Assembly: GCA_947465765.1 (NCBI GenBank)
Contig: CANIAP010000001.1
Location: forward strand, 9,349-73,348
Direction: 5' to 3'
Length of the DNA stretch: 64,000 nt
Origin: a bacterium
GTDB lineage: Bacteria > Margulisbacteria > Marinamargulisbacteria > SXXA01
A program made the position numbers and the translations under genes. Numbering within the stretch: position 1 is the stretch's first letter; every line of letters begins with the position of its first letter. The notes beneath the pieces are model-generated. The model had not been told where the DNA came from. It searched no databases and worked only from the letters and a program-made list of their open reading frames with translations. Positions 47,157 to 56,875 of this stretch are shown here, in pieces.

Positions 47157-48194
47157 ATGTCTGATTGTCGCTACCGACGTGCGGTATCTACTGTTTTTTT
47201 TATGTTGGGGGCAATGACTTCTGTAGCGATGGCCGCGCCAGCCGCTCCGGTCGTACCGTCTAAGGTAGCTGTGCCATCACCGCTTCGACAACAAGGTACT
47301 CAGGCGACAATTAATGTGGCAGCGCCCCTTACTGATGACGAAATTTTCCAGGTAGAACAGAAGTATAAAGATGCGATGGCCGCAAAAAAGTTTGACGATG
47401 CGCTTCAGTTGTTGAGGAAGCTACCTGAATCATCAATGTCTCGTCCGCGTCGTGCAGAGCGCCAAATGCTAACAACCTTTGAGATCGTTGAGCAGCGGAT
47501 CGCGAGTTCCTCATCGATGTTCGCAAAGGATGATGAATTGGATGATGCGACTCGAAAGACCGTTCAAAAGTTATATAAAGAGGGCCAAAATGCCCTAATA
47601 TCTAATCAAAATGAACTTGGTCGAGATATTCTGATTCATATTCTGTTTTTGCATCGGCAGAATCTGAGGGCAAAAATTCTATTGGAAGAAGCGCTGGATT
47701 TAAAGTCGGGGTCTTATAAGATTGAAAATATGGAAGCGAAATATTGGAATAAATCCTCCATTAATTTCTATGGTGGAAATTACCAAGCCGCAGTGGATGT
47801 TCTTCAGGCTTTGTCCTTTTTTGACAAAGATAATCCTACTGTTTATGAGCGCATGGGCTCTTCTTATTACATGATGGGAGAGAAAGAAAAAGCAATTAGT
47901 TCATGGAATACGGTGCTATTTTTGGATCCTACCGATAAAGATGTTGAAGAGGTTATTAAAAAGACCCAAGAATTGATCGCAGAAGATAAAGAAGACGCAA
48001 AAAAAGAAAAGGCCAAGCCTAAAAATGCTCAGAATGTTAACCTGGCGGAAACGCAGCTGATGGGTAAATTTCCAAAACAGGATCAGGCGTACGAATACGC
48101 GAATACGTTACGTAAGCAAGGCGTGGATGCGGTAGTTACCGAGGAAGATGATGGCAAGTGGGCGGTACGTGTTCCAAAAAAAGGGTCCAAATAG
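47157..48194 (+). CDS. Exported TPR protein with C-terminal SPOR-like domain
   Basis: Signal peptide ending AMA|APA, TPRs (VYERMGSSYYMMGEKEKAISSW), and C-terminal QLMGKFPKQDQAYEYANTLRKQGVDAVV...GKWAVRV. Confidence 0.72.
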   Translation: MSDCRYRRAVSTVFFMLGAMTSVAMAAPAAPVVPSKVAVPSPLRQQGTQATINVAAPLTDDEIFQVEQKYKDAMAAKKFDDALQLLRKLPESSMSRPRRAERQMLTTFEIVEQRIASSSSMFAKDDELDDATRKTVQKLYKEGQNALISNQNELGRDILIHILFLHRQNLRAKILLEEALDLKSGSYKIENMEAKYWNKSSINFYGGNYQAAVDVLQALSFFDKDNPTVYERMGSSYYMMGEKEKAISSWNTVLFLDPTDKDVEEVIKKTQELIAEDKEDAKKEKAKPKNAQNVNLAETQLMGKFPKQDQAYEYANTLRKQGVDAVVTEEDDGKWAVRVPKKGSK

Positions 48195-48212
48195 GAAAGG
48201 GTTGAGTGGGTT

Positions 48213-49688
48213 ATGATGCGCAATTTAGCGGTTAAGCTTTGGGGGATTTTGTTGGTGGTTCTGATACTTGGAATGCCTGCGTTTGCAAGTCCAGATGAAG
48301 TTGCGATTGAAGAACAGATAGCAACGCGGCTGCAACGATCGTTGGATGCGATCTATGGCCCGAACAATTTTGTTGTTCGCGTGACTGTAGCGTTGTCGGC
48401 CCCGAGTTATCAGGTGAGGTATACCGCCCAGTCTAAAGCGGCGGTGGCATCCGATCCCAAAAATCAATCTAAAGTAAATATTATGCCTGGATATCCGGTG
48501 ATTCGGAATCTGGGGCCTGAAAATATGAAGCAGCTGCCGTTTGATTCTGTGACTGCGTATTCCCGTCCTGAAATTCAGTCGACGGTTATTCATTTGCTGG
48601 TCAACAAGTCCTTCCCGAAAGGGCAAGTTGGACGGGCCCAGTCGGTGATTAAAGAACTTTTGGATTTCAAGGATGGTCGGGACAAAATTGAAGTCGTATA
48701 TAAACCGTTTATCGAGCAAGTGGCTCCAATTCAAAAGATTGAAATTGAAAATCAATCCGAAAAAATGTTTTCCCTACAGAATATGTTTTATATGACATTT
48801 GCGGCGATTGCAGTGTTGTTTTTGTTAATTTATATGTTCTTCGCTAGTCGAACTGCCAAGAGCCTAAAAGGGTTGTCTGCGGTGGCGGCATCTGCAGCGG
48901 GGGGCTCGGGCGGTAGTGGGGGGGCCGGACCTTCGGTTAGTGTTAACCCTTCATTTGAATTGCCAAAAGGGGGTTCCGGTGGGGGCGATATCAAGATTTC
49001 AAATGCGCCTCCTGTAAAACGGTATTTCGATTTTGTCTCCGATGACACGGTTGAGAAATTGATCTATTTGTTGAAAAAAGAAAACGTAGGGCCAGATAAT
49101 CTGAGCTTGGTAGTTAGCTTTTTACGTCCTGATTTAGCAGCAAAACTCCTTGGTACTTTTGACGTCAAAACACAGGCTGCGGTCTCAATGGCTATTATTG
49201 ATCAGAAAATGGTGAATCGGGCGATGTTGGATAAGTTGGAGACCCAAATTAAAGGGGCCATCGAATGCCTAACCGGTGGAGAGACCGCCTTTAAGTCGAT
49301 TTTCTCTTTTGTTTCAGGGAGTAATAAACGACAACTTTTGGCCTTGCTTGAAAAGTCATCCCCCGAGGGATATCGTCGGGTTAGAAACAACCTTATACTG
49401 TTCGATGATCTTGCAGTATTGGAAGATGATGAAATTAAAAATCTTCTATCAGAAGTTCGTGCTGAATTGTTTGCGGTTGCGCTGGCCTCGGCAGATCCAA
49501 GCTTGTATGATCGATTTGATCACAATATGACTCGAAATTCTAGAGAGGTCATTTCTCAGTTTCTTGAAATTAAAGGGTCCACGATTGCAGCGGAAGAAGT
49601 GGAGCGAGCGCAACAGACGATATTGGAAGTTGCGATGCGGTTGGAGCGGGATGGACGAATTAATATTTCTGGGAAATTAAAGAAATAA
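48213..49688 (+). CDS. Fusion of signal peptide, FliF C-terminal ring domain, TM and FliG middle/C-terminal domains
   Basis: AFA|SP cleavage site. FliF-like EEQIATRLQRSLDAIYGPNNFVVRVTVAL and GRDKIEVVYKPF, then one TM. FliG-like FDFV...LSLVVSFLRPDLAAKLL, GG, LILFDDL, and NMT...EVERAQQTI...RLERDGRI. Confidence 0.8.
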   Translation: MMRNLAVKLWGILLVVLILGMPAFASPDEVAIEEQIATRLQRSLDAIYGPNNFVVRVTVALSAPSYQVRYTAQSKAAVASDPKNQSKVNIMPGYPVIRNLGPENMKQLPFDSVTAYSRPEIQSTVIHLLVNKSFPKGQVGRAQSVIKELLDFKDGRDKIEVVYKPFIEQVAPIQKIEIENQSEKMFSLQNMFYMTFAAIAVLFLLIYMFFASRTAKSLKGLSAVAASAAGGSGGSGGAGPSVSVNPSFELPKGGSGGGDIKISNAPPVKRYFDFVSDDTVEKLIYLLKKENVGPDNLSLVVSFLRPDLAAKLLGTFDVKTQAAVSMAIIDQKMVNRAMLDKLETQIKGAIECLTGGETAFKSIFSFVSGSNKRQLLALLEKSSPEGYRRVRNNLILFDDLAVLEDDEIKNLLSEVRAELFAVALASADPSLYDRFDHNMTRNSREVISQFLEIKGSTIAAEEVERAQQTILEVAMRLERDGRINISGKLKK

Positions 49689-49712
49689 GCACCGTAATTT
49701 AGGAGATACCTT

Positions 49713-50489
49713 ATGGGAATTGGATTGTACATTGGGTTCGCGGTCGTGTTGGTTGTGCTGGTTGAGTTAATTGGTGCCGATGCGAATGCTAAGCTTTTTT
49801 TGAGTAAAGAAGCCTCGATAGCGGTTTTTGGTGGATTAATTAGTGCCGCACTAATTAATTTCCCAAAGAGCCAGATTGCTAAAATTGGGATGTGGACTAA
49901 GGTCATTTTTAGGTCCCCTAAAAAAGATCTTCTCGAAGAGATTGTGTTGCTTCTTCGGCTATCAAGAAAGTTGAGTCGGGAAGGTCGGCCAGCGCTTGAG
50001 CCAGAGATCGAACAAATACAAGATGGTTTTTTGAAAGCATCGATGACCTTGGTCATGAATCGGGTAGACCCACGTGAAATTAAGATGCTTTTAAAAGAAA
50101 TGATCGAACAAAGCCAAGGGCGACATGAACAGGGCATTCATTTTTTTGAACAGATGGCCAAATATGCACCGGGATTGGCGTTGATCGGGACGTTGTCGGG
50201 GTTGGTTAAATTGTTGGCCAACGTATCTGATCCGAAGAGCATCGGTCCGAACATGGCGTTGGCCTTGGTCTGTACTTTTTATGGGGTGGCAATGTCGAAT
50301 CTTGTTTTTTTGCCGATGTCGGGTCGATTAAAAGTATCCAGTCATGAAGAGTCCGTTCATAAAGAACAGTTGGTTGAAGCGGTGGTTGCGATGGCCTCTG
50401 ATGAATTGCCGATTGTTGTTCAAGAAAAGTTGTATATGTTGTTAACTTCGAAAGATCGGGCACTCGTGGCTAAGCGGCTTGAGGCGTAA
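49713..50489 (+). CDS. motA: Stator subunit MotA/PomA
   Basis: VFGG, SREGRPALE, APGLALIGTLSGLV, IGPNMALALVCTFYG and LVFLP. Confidence 0.9.
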   Translation: MGIGLYIGFAVVLVVLVELIGADANAKLFLSKEASIAVFGGLISAALINFPKSQIAKIGMWTKVIFRSPKKDLLEEIVLLLRLSRKLSREGRPALEPEIEQIQDGFLKASMTLVMNRVDPREIKMLLKEMIEQSQGRHEQGIHFFEQMAKYAPGLALIGTLSGLVKLLANVSDPKSIGPNMALALVCTFYGVAMSNLVFLPMSGRLKVSSHEESVHKEQLVEAVVAMASDELPIVVQEKLYMLLTSKDRALVAKRLEA

Positions 50490-50491
50490 TA

Positions 50492-51622
50492 ATGGGAAAA
50501 AAGTTCCAAAACGAAGTTGAAAACTTTTATGTTTCATTTTCGGATTTGCTGGCTCTCCTATTAATCTTTTTTGTATATCTTTTTTCAATGTCAACGATTG
50601 ATCCTGTTAAGTTTACAGAGTCATCAGAGTCGATTACAGAGGAATTTTCGGAAAAAAAACCAGCCACGTCTGCTGCATTTGGGAAGTCATCTCCTTATAC
50701 ATCGGATCCGTCTAAAGCGGAGCCTCTTCCTGAACAACCTACGCAAGCGGATGTTAAAAAGACAATTGGTCAGACGGTTGATGCGCTAGTTGCCAAGATT
50801 GCGCCCAAAGAAAATAAAGAAAAAGATGCCGCTGGTGCCCCTGTGCAGGCTGAAAAAAAACAGACAGCCGGCGATACCAGTGGAGAGCATAGTTCCAAAC
50901 TCATCGCCGAAAATAAGGAGAAGGATGGTGCTGGGGAGCCGGCCACTGCGGGTAAACCCCAGACGATTGGTCAGACAATAGATAAACTTATTGGCAAGGT
51001 ATTTTCTGAAGATAGTGCGCAAAAAGCCCCAGGCGGCGAGCCTGTAACTGGGAGGCAGCCGAAGGCCACGGACGTGTCCCAGACCCCCACTGCGCCTGAG
51101 GATCGTAGCGCACAGGGCATGTTGGCCGAGAAGCTGGCGTATTATATTAATAAAGAAAAACTGGAGGGGCAAGCGTCCGTTTACGTTGATCCCCGAGGCG
51201 TGAAGGTTGTGTTGGAATCACCGGTATTGTTTGAGTCCGGTAGTGCGGATTTGTCTCCTGAAGGGAGACGCATCCTGATGAAATTGGGGCCTGTGTTTAA
51301 GGAAGTTACAAATCCTGTGGTCATCGAGGGGCATACAGATAATGTTCCTATTCATAATTCGATTTACGGGACTAATTGGGAGTTGTCGTTTCAACGGACA
51401 TTGTCAGTAATGAAGTTTTTTGTGGGGCAGTTTAAATTTACACCCAATCAACTATCGGGAACTGGATATGGTGAATATCGTCCCTTAGTTCCCAATACAT
51501 CAGACGCGAATAAGGCCAAGAATCGGCGGATTGAAATTAATATTCTTCGTGATTATGAGACTGGTACGGCGTCCCCGAATCAAGTTGCGTTATCGGTGGC
51601 GGCGCCTCCACCATCTGAGTAA
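50492..51622 (+). CDS. motB: Stator subunit MotB with long linker and OmpA-like peptidoglycan-binding domain
   Basis: TM with the conserved Asp (FYVSFSDLLALLLIFFVYLFSMS), then LFESGSA, EGHTDN, NWELS..R and NRRIEI. Confidence 0.9.
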   Translation: MGKKFQNEVENFYVSFSDLLALLLIFFVYLFSMSTIDPVKFTESSESITEEFSEKKPATSAAFGKSSPYTSDPSKAEPLPEQPTQADVKKTIGQTVDALVAKIAPKENKEKDAAGAPVQAEKKQTAGDTSGEHSSKLIAENKEKDGAGEPATAGKPQTIGQTIDKLIGKVFSEDSAQKAPGGEPVTGRQPKATDVSQTPTAPEDRSAQGMLAEKLAYYINKEKLEGQASVYVDPRGVKVVLESPVLFESGSADLSPEGRRILMKLGPVFKEVTNPVVIEGHTDNVPIHNSIYGTNWELSFQRTLSVMKFFVGQFKFTPNQLSGTGYGEYRPLVPNTSDANKAKNRRIEINILRDYETGTASPNQVALSVAAPPPSE

Positions 51623-51640
51623 AAATAGACTTTTTCTAGC

Positions 51641-52939
51641 TTAAGAAAAGATACCTGAGTTTAAGAACTCTTCGTTTGATTTTGTTTGTCGTAGAATTTT
51701 AATGAGTTCTTCAGTCGCGCTGTCAGAGTCAATATTTTTTCTGAGAAGATAGGCTTTTTTAAGTATATTTTCAGGGAGTAATAATTCTTCTTTTCTTGTA
51801 CCTGAATTGACGATATCAATTGCAGGGAAAATTCTGCGATTGGCGAGTTTTCTGTCCAAATGCAATTCCATATTACCTGTTCCCTTAAATTCTTCGTAGA
51901 TGATGTCATCCATCCTGGATCCCGTATCGACCAAAGCGGTAGCAATAATGGTAAGACTACCTTCTTGCTCGATCTTGCGGGCCCCGCCAAAGAAACGCTT
52001 GGGTTTGTGCAATGAGCTGGGATCGAGTCCGCCAGACAATGTGCGTCCAGAGGGGGGGACTACTAAATTGTATGCGCGGGCAAGTCGGGTGATGCTGTCC
52101 AGGAGAATTACGACATCTTTTCCACATTCGACCAGACGTTTTGCGCTATCTAACACGAGTTCCGATATTCGGACGTGTTGGTCGGGCGGTTCATCGAATG
52201 TTGAATAGATGACCTCTCCCTTTACGGACCGCTCCATGTCGGTGACTTCTTCGGGCCGCTCATCAATAAGAAGTACTTTAATAATGATTTCTGGATGATT
52301 GATCGCAATGCTATTGGCAATTTCTTTTAAGATACTGGTTTTTCCCGCTTTGGGTGGAGATACGATCAGTCCCCGTTGGCCTTTTCCAATTGGGACCAGC
52401 ATGTCCATAATTCGACCGGATATGCCGGAAGCATCGGTTTCTAGTTTGAGTTGCTCATAGGGATAAACCGGTACTAAGTTTGAAAATAGTGTGCGTTCTT
52501 TTATTCGTTCAGGATCTTCCCAATTGATTGCTTCTACTCGTAATAGCGAAAAATATCGCTCACCTTCTTTTGGGGGTCGGACTTGGCCAGAAATGGTATC
52601 TCCAGACGTTAGGCTGAATCTGCGGATTTGTGTTTGGGAGACATAGATATCTTCAGAACTTGGGAGATAGTTGTTGGTTCTAAGAAACCCATAGCCATCG
52701 GGGAGAATTTCTAGTACTCCGCGTGCAAATATTAGTCCGTTGGACTCTGTTTTTGTTTGTAGAATTTTAAATATAAGATCGTTTTTTTTGAGTTGCTTGT
52801 ACTCGGGAATCTTTAATTGGGTTGCGAGATTATGAAGGTCCTTAAGGGTGCTTTTTTGTAGCTCAACGATGTCTAAATTGTCATCATTTTCAAAAATAGC
52901 ATGCTTTTCGACGTCAGTCTTTTTTTTTCGTTGATCCAT
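51641..52939 (-). CDS. rho: Transcription termination factor Rho
   Basis: [35 protein letters not shown] and [10 protein letters not shown]. Confidence 0.98.
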   Translation of the reverse strand: MDQRKKKTDVEKHAIFENDDNLDIVELQKSTLKDLHNLATQLKIPEYKQLKKNDLIFKILQTKTESNGLIFARGVLEILPDGYGFLRTNNYLPSSEDIYVSQTQIRRFSLTSGDTISGQVRPPKEGERYFSLLRVEAINWEDPERIKERTLFSNLVPVYPYEQLKLETDASGISGRIMDMLVPIGKGQRGLIVSPPKAGKTSILKEIANSIAINHPEIIIKVLLIDERPEEVTDMERSVKGEVIYSTFDEPPDQHVRISELVLDSAKRLVECGKDVVILLDSITRLARAYNLVVPPSGRTLSGGLDPSSLHKPKRFFGGARKIEQEGSLTIIATALVDTGSRMDDIIYEEFKGTGNMELHLDRKLANRRIFPAIDIVNSGTRKEELLLPENILKKAYLLRKNIDSDSATEELIKILRQTKSNEEFLNSGIFS

Positions 52940-53085
52940 GGGAATATAAGGCTCCTTTGAGGCGGAACCCTACATTCATTCTAGAATGGGTTGTTCCGAC
53001 AAATAATCAGGCTGAGGTATGGGGTTTATGGGATTATCTGGGTTTGTACAAAAATGTACGGTGTAGGAAATTTGAATATACAGGA

Positions 53086-54060
53086 TCAATTCAAGAAGCT
53101 CAACACTTCCTTAGCCGCATAGGTGATGATGATATCCGCACCGGCACGTTTCATGGCGATGAGTGATTCGAGCATCAAATCAGCGTCGTTTGCGATTCGT
53201 TTCTCTCCGGCCAATTTGATCATGCTGTATTCGCCGGATACTTGGTAGACGGCGATCGGTTGCTGAACGATGTCACGAAGGCGGGTGATGATATCAAGGT
53301 ACAACATACCGGGTTTTACCATGACAATATCTGCACCTTCGGCAATGTCTGTCAGTGTTTCGAGTATCGCTTCCCTTGATTGGGTAGGATTGAGTTGGTG
53401 CCCTTTTCGGTCTCCTTTGAATTGCTGAGATGATCCGGCTGCCTCTCGAAATGGTCCGTATAAAGCGGATGCATATTTGGCGGAGTATGCCATGATCCCA
53501 ACCCCGGGATGACGGGAGTCGTCGAGGCTGTTTCGAATTGCTTGGACCGCGCCATCCATCATTCCCGATGGCGCAATAAAATCAGCGCCGGCATTCGCGT
53601 AAGAAAACGCGATTTTTTTCAAACAATCGAGGGTTGCATCATTGTCGAGTCCCCGGGTTGTCATGATGCCACAATGGCCGTGAGTTGTGTATTCACACAG
53701 ACAACAGTCGGCGAATACTACCATTTCTGGGCGTTTTGACTTGATTGTTTTGATGACGGTCTGGACGCCCCCTTGGGGGTTCCAGGCAGCGGTGCCGTGA
53801 GGGTCTTTGTGTCGCGGAATTCCAAATAGAAGGATGGATCGAATTCCCAATGAATACGCGTCTTCGATTTCAGAGACTGCAGATTCGACGGAGTGTTGAA
53901 AGACGCCTGGCATCGACTTGATCGCGACAGGGGCCGTAATGTCTTCCCGGATAAAAATGGGCAGCATTAAATCTCGGGGAGAAAGTCGAGTTTCGGATAA
54001 CATTTCTCGAATTCCGGATGTGCGGCGTAACGAATGATATCGCTTGAATGGGGCGGTCAT
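53086..54060 (-). CDS. hemB: Porphobilinogen synthase (Zn-type)
   Basis: DCCLCEYTTHGHCG, APSGMMDG, YSAKYAS.LYGPFR and MVKP. Confidence 0.97.
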   Translation of the reverse strand: MTAPFKRYHSLRRTSGIREMLSETRLSPRDLMLPIFIREDITAPVAIKSMPGVFQHSVESAVSEIEDAYSLGIRSILLFGIPRHKDPHGTAAWNPQGGVQTVIKTIKSKRPEMVVFADCCLCEYTTHGHCGIMTTRGLDNDATLDCLKKIAFSYANAGADFIAPSGMMDGAVQAIRNSLDDSRHPGVGIMAYSAKYASALYGPFREAAGSSQQFKGDRKGHQLNPTQSREAILETLTDIAEGADIVMVKPGMLYLDIITRLRDIVQQPIAVYQVSGEYSMIKLAGEKRIANDADLMLESLIAMKRAGADIIITYAAKEVLSFLN

Positions 54061-54803
54061 AATGGAGGCCTCTTTTGTGAATGGGTACTCAGTATTGACG
54101 AGACGACTCCGGCTTGTGTTGACGGTGAAGCTACAATGACTTGTGAAGAAAATTGCCGGACGGATTCGGCGGTTTGTTCCCCCATCGCAACGTAGATGGT
54201 GGCCTCTGTGTGGGTGGGGTACTGAGAGAAAAAGCTGGTGGAGATAGAGCTGCTCGTAATAACGACGTAATCATACTGAGTTCGTGACTCTATCGCAATT
54301 GGAATTGTATCCGGACGATAAATCGCTATTTCAATAAGAGAAAGTTCTTTTAACATCGAAGTTAGATAGGGACCCGCTGCTTCGGATTTAGGATATAGCA
54401 ATCTCTGTTTACTCAATTTAGGACGAAATTGTCGAATTAATCCTTCGGCGTTATATTCTGTCGGGACAAGAATACGTTCCTTTCGGATACCATTTTTAAT
54501 GAGGGTTTCGGCGGTGCTTGGGCCAACGGCAACGTGTGTTTTGTCGGAAAGGTATTTGAATAGATCCGGTTGGTCGAAAATCAGCTGGATTGAGTGCTTG
54601 CTCGTAAAAATAATAACGTCTATTCGATGAAGTAGATCAGGGGTGATTTGAGACAATCCGGTCGAAATGGGCGAGATTTTAATCGCCGGAACGCAATGGA
54701 CGATTGCGCCCAACTGGGTACAAGAATCGTAAATTATTGTGGATTCTGATGGGTGTCGTAATACCAATATTTTGGTATTAGCTAGAGCGGGGAATCTTTC
54801 CAT
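54057..54803 (-). CDS. hemD: Uroporphyrinogen-III synthase
   Basis: IIFTSKHS, AVGPSTA..L and VITSSS, in hemC-hemD-hemB order. Start placed at ATG 54803. Confidence 0.85.
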   Translation of the reverse strand: MERFPALANTKILVLRHPSESTIIYDSCTQLGAIVHCVPAIKISPISTGLSQITPDLLHRIDVIIFTSKHSIQLIFDQPDLFKYLSDKTHVAVGPSTAETLIKNGIRKERILVPTEYNAEGLIRQFRPKLSKQRLLYPKSEAAGPYLTSMLKELSLIEIAIYRPDTIPIAIESRTQYDYVVITSSSISTSFFSQYPTHTEATIYVAMGEQTAESVRQFSSQVIVASPSTQAGVVSSILSTHSQKRPPL

Positions 54804-55678
54804 TCGTGGCCTTTTTTTGTGCATTCGGATAGGCATATACTAATATCACAAGAGAATGACTCGATTTCAGTTTTTGATAGGTCTCTGGAGGCTCTGAATA
54901 GGGTGCTTGAAAAAAGTCCATTGGAAATGTGACTATGCATTCCCAAAGGAGTTTGGCAATCAAATCCGACGGCTTTCAGAAATGCCAATTGGGCATTAGA
55001 TAAGACGAATTGAACCGGATGGCTGATTTGGCGGCATATTCGAATATGCGGGTGATCGCCATTGCGCGCTTCAAGTGTAATTACCCCTTGGCCGGGAGCC
55101 GGAATAAATTGATTGGCGGGTAGGACCTGATGGGGGTGGCGAGTTAATCCGAGTCGGATGAGGCTCACATCGGATAGTAGAATGGCGTCCAATCCGTCGT
55201 GGAGTTTAGCGACGCGGGTACCAATATTGCCGCGTATATCTTGGGTTCGAACGTCAGGTCTTAGATATTTAAGAATGGCTTTTCGTCGCATGCTTCCGGT
55301 TCCGATTATGGCATGTCGGGGTAGTGATTCAAGCGTGTGTCCCGCAAGGCTAACAAGGATATCATTCACCGATTCTGCCTTGAGAAATCCAAACAACGCA
55401 AGTCCTGGATAGGTGTTACTAGTGACATCCTTTAGCGAGTGGACAGCAATGTCGATTTCATTGCGGAGAAGTGCATCTTCAAGTTCTCGAATAAAGATGC
55501 CTTTTCCTCCGATAAGAGATAGCGGAGATACCTGATTTTGATCGCCCTGTGTTGATATTCCTATGATTTGAACCCGGAACCCTTGTTTGAGGTTCTCGAT
55601 TCTTCGAGCCACGATTGCGGCTTGGGCAAGCGCCAATGGTGATTTCCGGGTACCGATTCGAATAAGAGAGTCGGTCAT
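54782..55678 (-). CDS. hemC: Hydroxymethylbilane synthase
   Basis: IGTRKSPLALAQ, GGKGIF, AVHSLKD, IRGNIGTR, PAPGQG and DCQTP. ATGA overlap with hemA. Confidence 0.95.
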   Translation of the reverse strand: MTDSLIRIGTRKSPLALAQAAIVARRIENLKQGFRVQIIGISTQGDQNQVSPLSLIGGKGIFIRELEDALLRNEIDIAVHSLKDVTSNTYPGLALFGFLKAESVNDILVSLAGHTLESLPRHAIIGTGSMRRKAILKYLRPDVRTQDIRGNIGTRVAKLHDGLDAILLSDVSLIRLGLTRHPHQVLPANQFIPAPGQGVITLEARNGDHPHIRICRQISHPVQFVLSNAQLAFLKAVGFDCQTPLGMHSHISNGLFSSTLFRASRDLSKTEIESFSCDISICLSECTKKGHEWKDSPL

Positions 55679-56691
55679 GCCCGATGTAGAATTCTGCGTT
55701 GAAGCCATAGTTCATATTTGAGTTGCTCGTCGTCTAGTATAGCCTGAATTTTTACCCCCTCTTTTCGACGTTTCAACACGTTTTTGTCGGCGATTTTTTG
55801 GAGTCCGTCGACTGAAATGACTTGGCAGTTAGTGGTATCAATTTTTGGGTCAACGTTTCGGGGAACAGTAAGGTCAACGATGAGTGATGTTTCGGAAGCG
55901 TTTGGGAGATGGCTTGGGCGGATTATATAGTCTGACGCGGCGGTCGCCACTATCACAATATTAAATTGGCAAACGCACTCTGATAACGTTTCGAATTTGA
56001 GTATCGATACGCCGGATTCTTCCGCAATTTTTGAGGCTTTTTCAAAGGTTCTGTTACATATCGTGATGGAGGGGTGCCCAATGGATACCAATTTTTTGAT
56101 GGCGCGTTGTCCAATCGTTCCAGTCCCAACAATTAAGATGGACCGCTCAAAATAGTCTAGTTTTAATTCTCGGATGGCGTCGATTGCAATGGAACTAATC
56201 GAATAGGCTCCACGGGAAATTTCAGTCTCGTGCCTTACCCGTTTACCTACAGCAATCGCACTTTGAAAGAGTTTATTGGTCGTTGGGCCAGTGGTTTTAA
56301 GCGCCTGGAAATTGGAATAGGCTTTTTTAACTTGAGAAAGAATTTCATCTTCCCCAAAGACCATCGATTCGACACCGGCTGCAACATTAAATAGATGCTC
56401 AATTACAGCGCTGTCTGTTAGCGAATAAACGATGGTACTGATCGCATTTCTGGGTATATTTGCGGAATCTGCGATGAACGCCGTAAGCCAAAGCCCCGCT
56501 GCATCGACATCGTCCGCCGCAAAATACAGTTCGAAGCGGTTGCAAGTGGCGAGTACAACCAATTCGGTGATCGGGGACTCATTGAGCACCATTTGGCAAA
56601 ACGCTGGCCATGAATCCTGTTTAATATAAATCAGTTCGATATCTCTCAATGGAGATCGCTTATAGTCCGTTCCAAGAAAGCCTAGTTTCAT
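55675..56691 (-). CDS. hemA: Glutamyl-tRNA reductase, short form without the C-terminal dimerisation domain
   Basis: ATCNRFE, SMVFGEDEILSQVK, VGKRVRHET, GTGTIG and DLTVPRNVD. Start placed at ATG 56691. Confidence 0.92.
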   Translation of the reverse strand: MKLGFLGTDYKRSPLRDIELIYIKQDSWPAFCQMVLNESPITELVVLATCNRFELYFAADDVDAAGLWLTAFIADSANIPRNAISTIVYSLTDSAVIEHLFNVAAGVESMVFGEDEILSQVKKAYSNFQALKTTGPTTNKLFQSAIAVGKRVRHETEISRGAYSISSIAIDAIRELKLDYFERSILIVGTGTIGQRAIKKLVSIGHPSITICNRTFEKASKIAEESGVSILKFETLSECVCQFNIVIVATAASDYIIRPSHLPNASETSLIVDLTVPRNVDPKIDTTNCQVISVDGLQKIADKNVLKRRKEGVKIQAILDDEQLKYELWLQRRILHRA

Positions 56692-56825
56692 AATGGTATC
56701 GCCTGAATTGTATCTTTTTTGAGCGTTTTTTTGCAACGAAGCTGGGCGCAGTGCCCCCGATGATACATGACAGCGATAGACGGGTGGGGCACTTTTAGAT
56801 TCGTTGATAAGACCCCCTTGCTAGA

Positions 56826-56854
56826 TTGCAATTTGAGGCTCATTCTCATAGTAT
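56826..56854 (+). promoter_or_regulatory. Putative sigma70 promoter of the basal-body operon
   Basis: TTGCAA-17 nt-TAGTAT, 21 nt upstream of ATG 56876. Confidence 0.5.
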
Positions 56855-56875
56855 AGCGTCGGATTTACCAAACCA

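Noticed and set aside
52957-53166. 69-aa plus-strand ORF between rho and hemB
   Set aside because: It overlaps the hemB 3' end antisense and the rho upstream region, with no supporting signals.
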